Origin: Prevotella sp.
GTDB lineage: Bacteria > Bacteroidota > Bacteroidia > Bacteroidales > Dysgonomonadaceae
Reading direction: 5' to 3'
NCBI GenBank assembly: GCA_031285625.1
Contig: JAITVV010000093.1
Location: forward strand, 32,001-96,000
Length of the DNA: 64,000 bases
Part shown: positions 31,401-40,434 of the stretch, piece after piece
Layout: every line of letters begins with the position of its first letter
How positions within the stretch are numbered: the stretch's first letter is position 1
Notes under the pieces: model-generated
The model's database searches: none
What the model was told of the DNA's origin: nothing
The model's input: only the letters and a program-made list of their open reading frames with translations
Program-made: the position numbers and the translations under genes

Positions 31401-31746
31401 TCTCCCGGATCTGTAACTGTCCCATTACTTCTGTACGAAGTATTTCATTAGCGGCATCTATCTGCCCGTATTTAATAGCTCTCTTGTATGCTGAAGGGAA
31501 AAATAAGACCTTATCAGAATCAAGGATCTGATTCAGATCATGATAAAAATAGCCGGCACTTTCCTGATCATTTAAAACAAATAATAGACAATTATCCGTT
31601 TTGTGAAATAATGCTGCGGCAAACATCGATGCAGCCGAGCCTTGCAATCCCTTTACATAAATGTTTTTATATTTGTCTAAAAGGCTTGTTACAGCTGTTA
31701 TATTTTTGTGAGTTTCAAAAACTTCTTGTAAAGCTGATAGTTTCAA
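28420..31746 (-). CDS. mfd: Transcription-repair coupling factor
   Basis: GDYIVHIDHGVG, MDRLICGDVGFGKTE, IDEEQKFG, QLRGRVGRS, DLDIRGAGNLLGAEQSG. Probable TTG start at 31746, just downstream of a TAATTTTG box. Confidence 0.98.
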   Translation of the reverse strand: MKLSALQEVFETHKNITAVTSLLDKYKNIYVKGLQGSAASMFAAALFHKTDNCLLFVLNDQESAGYFYHDLNQILDSDKVLFFPSAYKRAIKYGQIDAANEILRTEVMGQLQIREKHLIIVTYPEALAEKAVAKDVLKKNTIQMSVDEEIDRDFVSEMLDTFGFEYVDYVYEPGQYAIRGSILDVFSFSSEFPYRVDFFGDEVSTIRTFDIETQLSKEKLQQIQIIPDMQKSNLERASLLKLIPQDTVIAFKDFVWAGDKVDSIYNDSAILDNPEYEKDIQNKLTTRGEYESLISTFKHVHFGNKIHSEAVIEFKTDIQPSFHKNFDLISETFHKYIDKDYKIYILSDSEKQQKRLQSIFEDRGDNIDFIPVERTLSDGFLDETLRICCFTDHQIFDRYHKYNLKSDRVRSGKFALSLKELQQFQIGDYIVHIDHGVGQFGGLVRSDMNGKMQELIKLIYLNNDVIFVSLHSLHKISKYRGKEGEPPRINKLGTGAWNKIKEKTKSKVKDIARDLIQLYAKRRQEEGFTFSPDSFLQNELEASFIYEDTPDQVKATADVKHDMENSKPMDRLICGDVGFGKTEVSIRAAFKAVTDNKQVAVLVPTTVLAYQHYQTFKERLKDFPCRVDYISRARTAGQIKEILKDLKEGKIDILIGTHRIVGKDIQFKDLGLLIIDEEQKFGVAVKEKLKQMKSNVDTLTMTATPIPRTLQFSLMGARDLSSITTPPPNRYPIQTEVHTFDPLIIREAIEFEMSRNGQVFFINNRIKNIYELEEIIKREVPDARIAVGHGQMDPAKLESIIIDFVNHEYDLLVATSIIESGIDIPNANTIIVNNAQNFGLSDLHQLRGRVGRSNKKAFAYLLAPPLHTLTPEARRRLQAIENFSELGHGFHIAMQDLDIRGAGNLLGAEQSGFIADLGYEVYQKILTEAVNELKNDEFAALYHETDEDNKISGENFVEDVQIESDLELLFPALYIPNDSERITLYRELDNMEKESDTNKFVERLEDRFGKIPQEGRELIMVVKLQALAKTLGIEKVVLKSGRMSLFLVSNPDSPYYQSKAFDKLLDYIQKYPRKCELKDRNGKRSVSIQSVPNVETACMILGEINEIV

Positions 31747-31873
31747 AGCAGTAGTAATTATTAATTTGGGATGCAAAATTAATAAAAAGCTACAAATTAT
31801 GTGCCGTTTATGCATATATAAAAGTAACAATCTATTTATAATGCAAATATTTGTTGTACATTATCTTACAAAC

Positions 31874-31963
31874 AAAAGGTGACAAAAGTGACATGTTTTT
31901 ACTATATTTTTCTTGTTACTTTTTTAGATATTTTTGTTATATCAATGATCTTATTATAGATAA
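31874..31963 (-). repeat. Dispersed GTAACA/TGTYAC element, reverse orientation
   Basis: AAAAGGTGACAAAAGTGACA (31874-93), N20, TGTTACTTTTTT (31914-25), then TTATATCAATGATCTTATTATAGATAA. Confidence 0.8.
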
Positions 31964-32103
31964 TTATATACAGATAAATGAATATAGTTGGTAAAAGATA
32001 TTCTATTTACTTTATCAGTTTCCCCAACAACTTAAAAAAACGCTGATAAAATTTGTTTTTAAAAAAAAGTTTATAACTTTGTGATCACTTTTAAAGCGAA
32101 ATA

Positions 32104-32166
32104 ATGACAAATTGCTTTTTACATATCCTAAACCTCGTTATTCTCCTCGTCGGTCAGAGTAAATGA
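32104..32166 (+). CDS. ilvL: ilv operon leader peptide MTNCFLHILNLVILLVGQSK
   Basis: 20-aa ORF in which 9 of codons 6-16 are Leu, Ile or Val. It lies just after a TAACTTTG box and before the terminator. Confidence 0.9.
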   Translation: MTNCFLHILNLVILLVGQSK

Positions 32167-32242
32167 GAAAGGTATGTATATTAGTTTGATAATATAAGGA
32201 ATCAATATAGCCTTTCTCATTCGTGGGAAAGGTTTTTTTTTT
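32162..32242 (+). promoter_or_regulatory. Transcription attenuator (antiterminator and terminator) of the ilv operon
   Basis: Terminator CCTTTCTCA-TTCG-TGGGAAAGG-T10 (32211-42). AATGAGAAAGG (32162-72), over the leader stop, is the exact complement of CCTTTCTCATT. Confidence 0.9.
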
Positions 32243-32257
32243 AATAGTTATATCGTT

Positions 32258-34087
32258 ATGGGATTTGAATTAAGAAGTTCGACCAGTACACAAGGTAGGC
32301 GTATGGCCGGAGCCAGAGCTCTTTGGAGAGCTAATGGAATGAAAGAAGAACAAATGGGCAAACCTCTTATTGCCATCGTGAACTCATTTACTCAGTTTGT
32401 TCCCGGGCATGTCCATTTGCATGAGATTGGCCAGAAAGTAAAGGCTGAGATCGAAGCGCTTGGTTGTTTTGCAGCCGAATTTAATACCATAGCCATTGAC
32501 GATGGTATTGCCATGGGGCACGACGGAATGCTGTATTCGCTCCCTTCTCGCGATCTGATTGCCGATAGTGTAGAATATATGGTAAATGCCCACAAAGCCG
32601 ATGCTATGATCTGTATCAGTAATTGCGATAAAATCACTCCAGGCATGCTAATGGCAGCTATGAGGCTGAATATACCTACTATATTTGTTTCAGGTGGGCC
32701 AATGGAAGCGGGTGAACTTGGCGACCAGCACCTAGACCTGATAGATGCAATGACTAAGGCTGCTGATGATACGGTTTCGGATAAAGAAGTAAATGCTATT
32801 GAACGTGCGGCTTGCCCTACTTGCGGCTCTTGTTCCGGTATGTTTACAGCCAATTCGATGAACTGCCTGAATGAAGCAATAGGTCTGGCATTGTCGGGTA
32901 ATGGTACTATTGTAGCTACTCACGCCAACCGTCTTAAACTGTTTCAGGATGCTGCAAAACAGATCGTTGAAAATGCTTACCGTTACTACCGGGATGGAGA
33001 CAAATCTGTGTTACCTCGCAATATTGCTTCCAAAACAGCTTTTCTGAATGCTATGACATTAGATATTGCAATGGGGGGATCTACAAATACAATTCTTCAC
33101 CTCTTAGCTATTGCACAGGAAGGTGAAGTTGATTTTACTATGCAGGATATAGATAAACTTTCCCGCAAAACTCCTTGTCTTTGCAAGGTAGCACCAAATA
33201 CTCAGAAATATCATATTCAGGATGTAAACCGCGCCGGAGGTATTCTGGGCTTAATGAACGAACTGGACAAAGGAAACTTAATCGATACTAGTGTGTCGAG
33301 GGTTGACGGAATGACGCTTTCACAAGCAATTGATAAGTATGATATTACAAAAAGCAATCCGCAGAAAGAAGCAGAAACCCTCTATAAATCGGCTCCCGGA
33401 AATAGATTTAATCTTGTGATGGGATCACAGAATAATTATTATCCGGCTTTGGATATAGACCGGACAGGTGGCTGTATACGTGATATGGAGCATGCATATA
33501 CCAAAGATGGTGGTTTGGCTATCTTGAAAGGCAATATAGCCCTTAATGGTTGTGTTGTGAAAACTGCCGGAGTAGACGAAAGTATTTTCAAATTTTCAGG
33601 AAAAGCTAAAGTATTCCATTCTCAGGAGGATGCGTGCGAGGGTATCTTGAAAGACAAAGTAGTTGCAGGAGATGTAGTGGTAATTATCTATGAAGGTCCT
33701 AAAGGAGGTCCCGGTATGCAGGAAATGCTTTATCCCACTTCTTACATAAAATCAAAACATCTGGGTAAAGAATGTGCTTTGATCACAGATGGACGCTTTT
33801 CAGGTGGGACATCAGGCCTGTCAATAGGCCATGTATCGCCGGAAGCAGCATCAGGTGGAGCTATAGGGCTAATCAAGGATGGTGATATTATTGAAATAGA
33901 TATTCCGAATCGCTCCATCAATGTAAAAATATCCGATACAGAATTAGAAGCCCGTCGTCAGCAAGAATTAGCTAAAGGTAAAGATGCTTTTAAACCTAAC
34001 CGTAACCGTACAGTATCCAAGGCATTACGTGCTTATGCCAGTATGGTTAGTTCAGCCGACTTGGGAGGAATCAGAATTATAGAATAA
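32258..34087 (+). CDS. ilvD: Dihydroxy-acid dehydratase
   Basis: [60 protein letters not shown]. Confidence 0.99.
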   Translation: MGFELRSSTSTQGRRMAGARALWRANGMKEEQMGKPLIAIVNSFTQFVPGHVHLHEIGQKVKAEIEALGCFAAEFNTIAIDDGIAMGHDGMLYSLPSRDLIADSVEYMVNAHKADAMICISNCDKITPGMLMAAMRLNIPTIFVSGGPMEAGELGDQHLDLIDAMTKAADDTVSDKEVNAIERAACPTCGSCSGMFTANSMNCLNEAIGLALSGNGTIVATHANRLKLFQDAAKQIVENAYRYYRDGDKSVLPRNIASKTAFLNAMTLDIAMGGSTNTILHLLAIAQEGEVDFTMQDIDKLSRKTPCLCKVAPNTQKYHIQDVNRAGGILGLMNELDKGNLIDTSVSRVDGMTLSQAIDKYDITKSNPQKEAETLYKSAPGNRFNLVMGSQNNYYPALDIDRTGGCIRDMEHAYTKDGGLAILKGNIALNGCVVKTAGVDESIFKFSGKAKVFHSQEDACEGILKDKVVAGDVVVIIYEGPKGGPGMQEMLYPTSYIKSKHLGKECALITDGRFSGGTSGLSIGHVSPEAASGGAIGLIKDGDIIEIDIPNRSINVKISDTELEARRQQELAKGKDAFKPNRNRTVSKALRAYASMVSSADLGGIRIIE

Positions 34088-34098
34088 ACAGACAAACT

Positions 34099-34638
34099 AT
34101 GCAAGAAAACGAACAAAGTCAAAACTTATCAATAGAAAATATTGATGAAATTGTAGATGAAAGTTTATATTACAGGACTTTCTTTAATAAGGATCCCGAT
34201 TATTATATTGAGCGCTATGAAAAAATTACAGCAGGGCAAAATGTTGTTTTTAATGGTTATGCTTTTTTCTTTGGTTTCCTATGGCTTGCATATCGCAAAA
34301 TGTATGTAGAAATCTTAGCATTGATTGCTATAATGGCTACTATTGACTGTATCTTCATCTTTGCACTTGAGATAGACAATTCGGGTTTGGATAGGGTGAT
34401 CAATATTATTTGGGCAGTTACTATAGGCTGTTTTGCAAACTTGTTCTATATAATGAAAGCAAAACGTACAATACAAAAGGCAAAAGAAGCATATAATAAT
34501 ACAGGAGATCAATTAGATTATATAGAAAAAACTGGAGGTGTTTCTGTTATAGCACCTATTGTGACAGGAATCTTTTTCATTGGATTAATGGTCGGCGGAC
34601 TATTGCTAAGTGAATATGCCGAAAGTTTTTATTACTAA
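34099..34638 (+). CDS. DUF2628-like membrane protein
   Basis: FNGYAFFFGFLWLAYRKMY and ANLFY...GGVS match the DUF2628 pattern; three TM segments. Confidence 0.75.
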   Translation: MQENEQSQNLSIENIDEIVDESLYYRTFFNKDPDYYIERYEKITAGQNVVFNGYAFFFGFLWLAYRKMYVEILALIAIMATIDCIFIFALEIDNSGLDRVINIIWAVTIGCFANLFYIMKAKRTIQKAKEAYNNTGDQLDYIEKTGGVSVIAPIVTGIFFIGLMVGGLLLSEYAESFYY

Positions 34639-34667
34639 AAATATTTAAGCCACAATATTATATAAAT

Positions 34668-36365
34668 ATGGAAAATAAAACAACAGGACGCGAGGCTCTA
34701 ATCAAGGCATTACTTGATGAAGGTGTTGAAACGATTTTCGGGTACCCGGGTGGTCAGATAATACCTGTATTCGATGCGTTATATGATTATAAAGATAAAA
34801 TCAACCATATTCTCGTCAGGCACGAACAAGGTGCTACACATGCGGCACAAGGATATGCACGCACATCGGGTAAAGTTGGGGTGGCACTTGTGACTTCCGG
34901 TCCTGGGGCTACCAATACGATAACAGGTATAGCTGATGCTATGCTGGATAGTACACCTATTGTTGTAATATCGGGGCAGGTACCTACATCCTTGTTGGGT
35001 AGCGATGCTTTTCAGGAAGCCGATGTTGTGGGCATTACCCAACCTATATCAAAATGGTCTTATCAGATACGTAAGGCCGAGGATATTCCATGGGCCATTG
35101 CAAGGGCTTTCTATATCGCTTCCACAGGCCGCCCCGGTCCAGTAGTTATAGATATTACGAAAGATGCACAAAATGGTTTTTTGGATTATCAGTATAAAAA
35201 AGAAACTTACATTCGTAGCTATCAACCTAAACCTGATGTAAAACCTAATGAGATAGAAACTGCTGCAGAGATAATAAATAATGCAAAGAAACCGTTGGCT
35301 CTGGTAGGACAGGGAGTTATTCTGGGTAGTGCCGAGAAAGAACTATTAGCCTTCCTGGAAAAGGCCGGTATTCCTGCTGCATCTACTGTTCTGGGCCTAT
35401 CGGCAATACCAACCGATCATCCATTACAGATAGGGATGCTGGGTATGCATGGAAATATTGGTCCGAACCTAAAGACAAATGAATGTGATGTACTTATAGG
35501 TATAGGCATGCGTTTCGATGATCGTGTTACCGGAGATCTGAATACTTATGCCAAACAAGCCAAAATAATTCATTTTGACATAGATAAAGCTGAGATAAAT
35601 AAGAATGTACCTGTTACAGCACGCGTACTTGGTGATGTGAAAGAAACTCTGCCAAAAGTAACAGAGTTACTTAAACCTGCTAACCGTCCGGAATGGCTTG
35701 ATGAATTTAAGGCTTGCTACAAGAGGGAGTATGATGCTGTCATTGAAAGTGAGCTATACTCAACATCGGGGCAATTAAAGATGGGTGAGGTCATCAATAA
35801 AGTATCTGAAGCTACTCGGAATAAGGCTGTATTAGTTACAGATGTAGGCCAGCACCAAATGATGGCTGTACGATACTTCAAATATAGTCAGAGCCGTAGT
35901 GTAGTCACCTCCGGAGGATTAGGCACTATGGGATATGGGCTTCCAGCTGCGATTGGCGCTAAATATGGAACGCCTGACCGTACAGTATGTTTGTTTGTAG
36001 GCGATGGTGGCATTCAAATGACAATACAGGAATTAGGTACAATTATGCAATATGATGTAGATGTTAAAATAATCCTGTTGAATAATCATTTTCTGGGAAT
36101 GGTGCGCCAATGGCAAGAACTGTTCTTTAATGAACGCTACTCCGAAACAATAATGAAAAACCCTGATTTTGTAAAAATTGGAGAGGCATATAATATCCCG
36201 TCACGAAAAGTTGAAACCCGGGAAGAACTGGATCAGGCAATTGCGGATATGATTAATCATAAAGGAGCTTTCCTGTTGGATGTACAGGTTGAGACAAAAG
36301 GGATGGTATACCCTATGGTTCCGGCAGGTGCATCTGTGACGAATATATTATTGGGGGATGAGTAA
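34668..36365 (+). CDS. ilvB: Acetolactate synthase large subunit
   Basis: IFGYPGG, RHEQGA, TSGPGATN, TDVGQHQM, ThDP motif GDGGIQM...NN. Confidence 0.98.
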   Translation: MENKTTGREALIKALLDEGVETIFGYPGGQIIPVFDALYDYKDKINHILVRHEQGATHAAQGYARTSGKVGVALVTSGPGATNTITGIADAMLDSTPIVVISGQVPTSLLGSDAFQEADVVGITQPISKWSYQIRKAEDIPWAIARAFYIASTGRPGPVVIDITKDAQNGFLDYQYKKETYIRSYQPKPDVKPNEIETAAEIINNAKKPLALVGQGVILGSAEKELLAFLEKAGIPAASTVLGLSAIPTDHPLQIGMLGMHGNIGPNLKTNECDVLIGIGMRFDDRVTGDLNTYAKQAKIIHFDIDKAEINKNVPVTARVLGDVKETLPKVTELLKPANRPEWLDEFKACYKREYDAVIESELYSTSGQLKMGEVINKVSEATRNKAVLVTDVGQHQMMAVRYFKYSQSRSVVTSGGLGTMGYGLPAAIGAKYGTPDRTVCLFVGDGGIQMTIQELGTIMQYDVDVKIILLNNHFLGMVRQWQELFFNERYSETIMKNPDFVKIGEAYNIPSRKVETREELDQAIADMINHKGAFLLDVQVETKGMVYPMVPAGASVTNILLGDE

Positions 36366-36978
36366 ATTGAAATGGTATTGCCTAAGTATAATATTAGTAT
36401 CTTTGTTTTCATCATGTAAACAAAGAGATAATAAAAATTATGCTACCATTTCAGATACTATAAATCAGTTTACAGATACATTGAAGGAAATGCATGTATA
36501 TAAAGTTGCTTCACCGCTTGAAGCAGACGATTTTCCTCAATTTGTATTTAAAAGCGATTATACAGATAAGGGATATAATAGTGACAGCTTAACTAAAATC
36601 GTAATATACAACAAAGGCGTTGTGGTACAGATGTTAGATAATCTACATGCTTTCCCTGGTCAAAATAAAATTTATCTGGAGGATATTAATTTTGACGGAT
36701 ATCCGGACCTTGCTCTTGATACACAATGGTTAGCCCGTGGTGGGATATATAAATATTGGCTTTATAATGCAGACAAAGAAAAGTTTGAGCACACCAATAT
36801 TTTGGATAGCATTTATTATTCATGTGATGATAAGGAAATAGATTATAAAAACAAGACTGTTACCATAACACAACCTAATGGCTATAATTCATATTTAACA
36901 GAAATATATCGCTGGGAAGATAATAAATATTCTTTAGTAGAATCTGGTACATTTGAGATTGATGAAGATGGTGAATAA
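36358..36978 (+). CDS. Hypothetical lipoprotein with a DxNFDGxxD Ca-binding-type motif (XAC2610-like)
   Basis: Lipobox LFSSC; EDINFDGYPDL; YWLYN...F; YRWEDNKY. Confidence 0.7.
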   Translation: MSKLKWYCLSIILVSLFSSCKQRDNKNYATISDTINQFTDTLKEMHVYKVASPLEADDFPQFVFKSDYTDKGYNSDSLTKIVIYNKGVVVQMLDNLHAFPGQNKIYLEDINFDGYPDLALDTQWLARGGIYKYWLYNADKEKFEHTNILDSIYYSCDDKEIDYKNKTVTITQPNGYNSYLTEIYRWEDNKYSLVESGTFEIDEDGE

Positions 36979-36995
36979 CATTAATAAAAAAAATT

Positions 36996-37550
36996 ATGCA
37001 AGATAAAACATTATATACCATAACTATATTTTCTGAAAATACAGTTGGTCTTTTAAGCCAGGTAACGAGTGTATTTGTTCGTCGCCAATTAAACATCGAA
37101 ACTCTTTCTGTTTCTGCTTCGGCGCTGGAAGGAATACATAAATTTACAATCACTGTATTTTGTGACGAAGAGGTTATCAAGAAAGTTGTACTACAGATAG
37201 ATAAACGTGTAGATGTGCTTAAAGCATATTATAATACAAATGAAGAACTTATCCATCAGGAAATTGCTCTTTATAAATTATCTACATCAGATTTCTTAAA
37301 GATAGAATCAGTAGAAGAACTTATAAGAAAGCATAATGCGCGTATACTGGATATCAATGAAAATAGTGTGGTACTTCAAAAAACAGGACATTATCAGGAA
37401 ACGCAAGACTTGTTTGAAGAACTAAGTAAGACAATCGGAGTCCTGCAATTTATACGCTCAGGACGAATTGCAATTACAAAATCTAAAATTGAAAGGTTGA
37501 GTGATATGCTTACTAAGTTGGACGAAAAGCATAAAGGCAGTACAAAGTAA
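36996..37550 (+). CDS. ilvN: Acetolactate synthase small (regulatory) subunit
   Basis: ACT domain SENTVGLLSQVTSVFVRRQLNIETLSV, C-terminal RSGRIA. Confidence 0.96.
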   Translation: MQDKTLYTITIFSENTVGLLSQVTSVFVRRQLNIETLSVSASALEGIHKFTITVFCDEEVIKKVVLQIDKRVDVLKAYYNTNEELIHQEIALYKLSTSDFLKIESVEELIRKHNARILDINENSVVLQKTGHYQETQDLFEELSKTIGVLQFIRSGRIAITKSKIERLSDMLTKLDEKHKGSTK

Positions 37551-37582
37551 TAAACAGAATGTAATGTAATAATATTTCAATA

Positions 37583-37718
37583 TAATTATCTGTATACAAA
37601 TAGTTTAAAATAATACTCGGGTAAGAAAAAGTTACAATCAAAAAGATGTATAAAAACTGTTACTTTTGTCACCTTTTGAGTGTATTTATCTGGAAATTAA
37701 TTAATTAAAAAAGTAACA
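37583..37718 (+). repeat. Dispersed GTAACA/TGTYAC element plus a following half-site
   Basis: TAATTATCT, then AAAAAGTTACA (37626-36), N21, TGTTACTTTTGTCACCTTTT (37658-77). An extra AAAAAAGTAACA lies at 37707-18. Confidence 0.8.
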
Positions 37719-37724
37719 TTTTAG

Positions 37725-38462
37725 ATGGTTGCACCTATAGGAAGATACGAATTTACGATCGATGCATACTTAACTGATTTCAGAGGTAAAGCGACATTGC
37801 CGATGATTGGTGGATTTATGCTGCAAGCCGCAACTAAACATGCTGATGAGCGCGGGTTTGGATATTCATCAATGACTTCACAACAACGTGTCTGGGTCTT
37901 GTCCCGTATGGCTATTGAAGTATTCGAATATCCTAAAAATGATACTGTAATGACCATCAATACTTGGATTGTCAGCGTAAACCGCTTATTCACCGAGCGT
38001 CATTTCTCATTTGAGGATAGTGATGGTAACATAATCGGATTTGCCAGATCCTTATGGGCATCCATAGATTTGGAAACCCGTAGACCAACTAATTTGCTGG
38101 AACTATATGGACTATCAGATTATATTCATGCAAATCAAGAATGCCTGATAGAAGGAATGACTAAAATTCCGGCATTGAAGGATAATTATGAACTGGCTTC
38201 TGAGTTTGTTGTAAAATATAGTGATGTAGACATAAACAAGCACCTGAACAGTATGAAATATATTGAACATTTTGTAGATGTATTTGATATCGAAATGTTC
38301 AGAGATAAAGAAATCAAGCGTATCGAGGTTAATTATATTGCAGAAGGGCAATATGGAGCAAAACTCGATATATTGAAAAGGGAAGAAGAAAACTCCAGTT
38401 TTATATTGGAGATGAAAGACGGAGAAACAAATGTTTGTTCTACCCGTATCACATGGAAATAA
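37725..38462 (+). CDS. Acyl-ACP thioesterase
   Basis: WVLSRMAIE, YSDVDINKHLNSMKY hotdog motif. This gene commonly sits between ilvN and ilvC in Bacteroidales. Confidence 0.9.
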   Translation: MVAPIGRYEFTIDAYLTDFRGKATLPMIGGFMLQAATKHADERGFGYSSMTSQQRVWVLSRMAIEVFEYPKNDTVMTINTWIVSVNRLFTERHFSFEDSDGNIIGFARSLWASIDLETRRPTNLLELYGLSDYIHANQECLIEGMTKIPALKDNYELASEFVVKYSDVDINKHLNSMKYIEHFVDVFDIEMFRDKEIKRIEVNYIAEGQYGAKLDILKREEENSSFILEMKDGETNVCSTRITWK

Positions 38463-38509
38463 CAATCACAATATTTTGATTTTTAATTTAATAAAAACAT
38501 TTACTAAAA

Positions 38510-39556
38510 ATGGCAGAAATGAACTTTGGCGGTGTAACAGAGAAAGTAGTTACCCGTGAAGAATTTCCTTTGGAAAAAGCAAGAGAAGTACTAAAAAATG
38601 AAACAATAGCCGTAATCGGTTATGGTGTACAAGGTCCCGGACAGGCATTAAACCTTAGAGATAACGGTTTTAATGTAATCATCGGACAACGCAAAGGTGG
38701 TAAAACCTGGGAAAAAGCTATCGCAGATGGTTGGGTACCTGGTGAAACACTTTTCGACATAGAAGAAGCTGCAGCCAAAGGTACAATCATACAGTATTTA
38801 TTGTCTGATGCTGCTCAGATAGAAGTATGGCCACGTCTTAAACCTCATTTAACTGCAGGAAAAGCTTTGTATTTCTCTCATGGATTTGGTATTACATACA
38901 AAGAACGTACAGGAATCATACCTCCGGCAGATATTGATGTTATCCTTGTGGCTCCTAAAGGATCAGGAACAAGCCTTCGCCGTATGTTCCTTGAAGGTCG
39001 CGGATTAAATTCCAGTTATGCTATATTCCAGGATGCTACAGGCCGTGCATTCGAACGTACAGTATCTTTAGGTATCGGCGTTGGATCAGGATATTTGTTC
39101 GAAACAGATTTCAAACGTGAGGTATATTCCGACCTTACAGGTGAGCGTGGTACATTGATGGGTGCTATCCAAGGTATTTTGCTTGCTCAATATGAAGTAT
39201 TACGCGAAAATGGTCACTCTCCATCAGAAGCCTTCAATGAGACAGTAGAAGAATTAACTCAATCATTGATGCCTTTGTTTGCTGAAAAAGGTATGGACTG
39301 GATGTATGCCAACTGTTCTACTACAGCACAGCGTGGTGCTTTAGACTGGATGACTCCTTTCCACGATGCTACAAAACCGGTTTTTGCTAAACTTTATTCT
39401 GAAGTAGCTAATGGTAATGAAGCACAACGTTCTATCGATACTAATTCAAAACCTGATTATCGCGAAAAACTGGAAGAAGAACTGAAAGCTCTTCGCGAAA
39501 GTGAAATGTGGCGTACAGGTGCAGTTGTAAGAAAACTCAGACCGGAAAACAATTAA
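38510..39556 (+). CDS. ilvC: Ketol-acid reductoisomerase
   Basis: IGYGVQGPGQALNLRD, VAPKGSG, EVYSDLTGERGTLMG, CSTTAQRG. Confidence 0.98.
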   Translation: MAEMNFGGVTEKVVTREEFPLEKAREVLKNETIAVIGYGVQGPGQALNLRDNGFNVIIGQRKGGKTWEKAIADGWVPGETLFDIEEAAAKGTIIQYLLSDAAQIEVWPRLKPHLTAGKALYFSHGFGITYKERTGIIPPADIDVILVAPKGSGTSLRRMFLEGRGLNSSYAIFQDATGRAFERTVSLGIGVGSGYLFETDFKREVYSDLTGERGTLMGAIQGILLAQYEVLRENGHSPSEAFNETVEELTQSLMPLFAEKGMDWMYANCSTTAQRGALDWMTPFHDATKPVFAKLYSEVANGNEAQRSIDTNSKPDYREKLEEELKALRESEMWRTGAVVRKLRPENN

Positions 39557-39577
39557 TATTTAATTGTACATAAATAA

Positions 39578-39607
39578 AATGAGGCTATTCATTTGAATAG
39601 CCTCATT
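39578..39607. terminator. Hairpin between convergent ilvC and nitroreductase genes
   Basis: AATGAGGCTATTCA-TT-TGAATAGCCTCATT perfect inverted repeat. Confidence 0.8.
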
Positions 39608-39627
39608 CATGTAATAAGATTCTATAT

Positions 39628-40230
39628 TTATTTAATATATCCTACAGGCTGTACTATTGTAATCTCCTGTTTGTCTGTCAGTTTCAACGCTTCATGTAAT
39701 CCCGGTCTTGTAAATGAGGCGCGAACTACAGATCCCAATCCAGCAGAAGCACAATATAAATATACATTCTGGGCAATGAATCCACTATCTATGAATCCGG
39801 CTTCACGGTTAGAAGCTTTATCCAGATTGGCTACATAAACTAGTGATAATGAAGCATTATCAGAAATATTTGCTTGTCCAAGAGCTTTTCTGAAATCACC
39901 TTTCTCTACCAGTTTAAGTACATTTGCTTTAGCATCATACAGATAAACACCATTGCTAAACATTACATATAGATCGATCTCTTGTTTGTTTTGAGATGAT
40001 GGCACAGTACGTTTATCATCCCTGTTGAACCCATAAGCAGCCCATAAAAGGTCTGACAACGTTTGTGCAGGTAAATCCTTCTTCTCAAAAGATCTATGCG
40101 ATTGACGATCACTCAACGCTTCCATTAATGGCTTACCACCAGTCTTGTTGGGTGATACCAATTGTATGTCTTGTGCCGAAACACAACCTATTAAACAAAA
40201 TAAAGCAATAACTAATAATCCTTTTCTCAT
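39628..40230 (-). CDS. Exported nitroreductase-family flavoprotein (SagB/ThcOx-like)
   Basis: Signal peptide, RQSHRSF, LSDLLWAAYG, RTVPS, DSGFIAQNVYL, QPVGY. Confidence 0.88.
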   Translation of the reverse strand: MRKGLLVIALFCLIGCVSAQDIQLVSPNKTGGKPLMEALSDRQSHRSFEKKDLPAQTLSDLLWAAYGFNRDDKRTVPSSQNKQEIDLYVMFSNGVYLYDAKANVLKLVEKGDFRKALGQANISDNASLSLVYVANLDKASNREAGFIDSGFIAQNVYLYCASAGLGSVVRASFTRPGLHEALKLTDKQEITIVQPVGYIK

Positions 40231-40434
40231 AATTGAAACCTGGTTTATGTTTTTAACAAAAGCAAAAATATGGAATAATATTAATTTATAACGTCTTGGA
40301 TAGACACTAAGTTTTTCATACAGGAGCTGTTTTTAAGTAAAATTCACAACTGCCGGAAAATATATAAACTTATAAATAAATTCTATTGCTTATTGTTCTA
40401 TATTTGTAAAGTAAAATCTACTTATAGGTATAAA

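Noticed and set aside
31747-31830. N-terminal extension of Mfd given by the ORF track
   Set aside because: It spans a TAATTTTG promoter box; the TTG at 31746 is the more plausible start.
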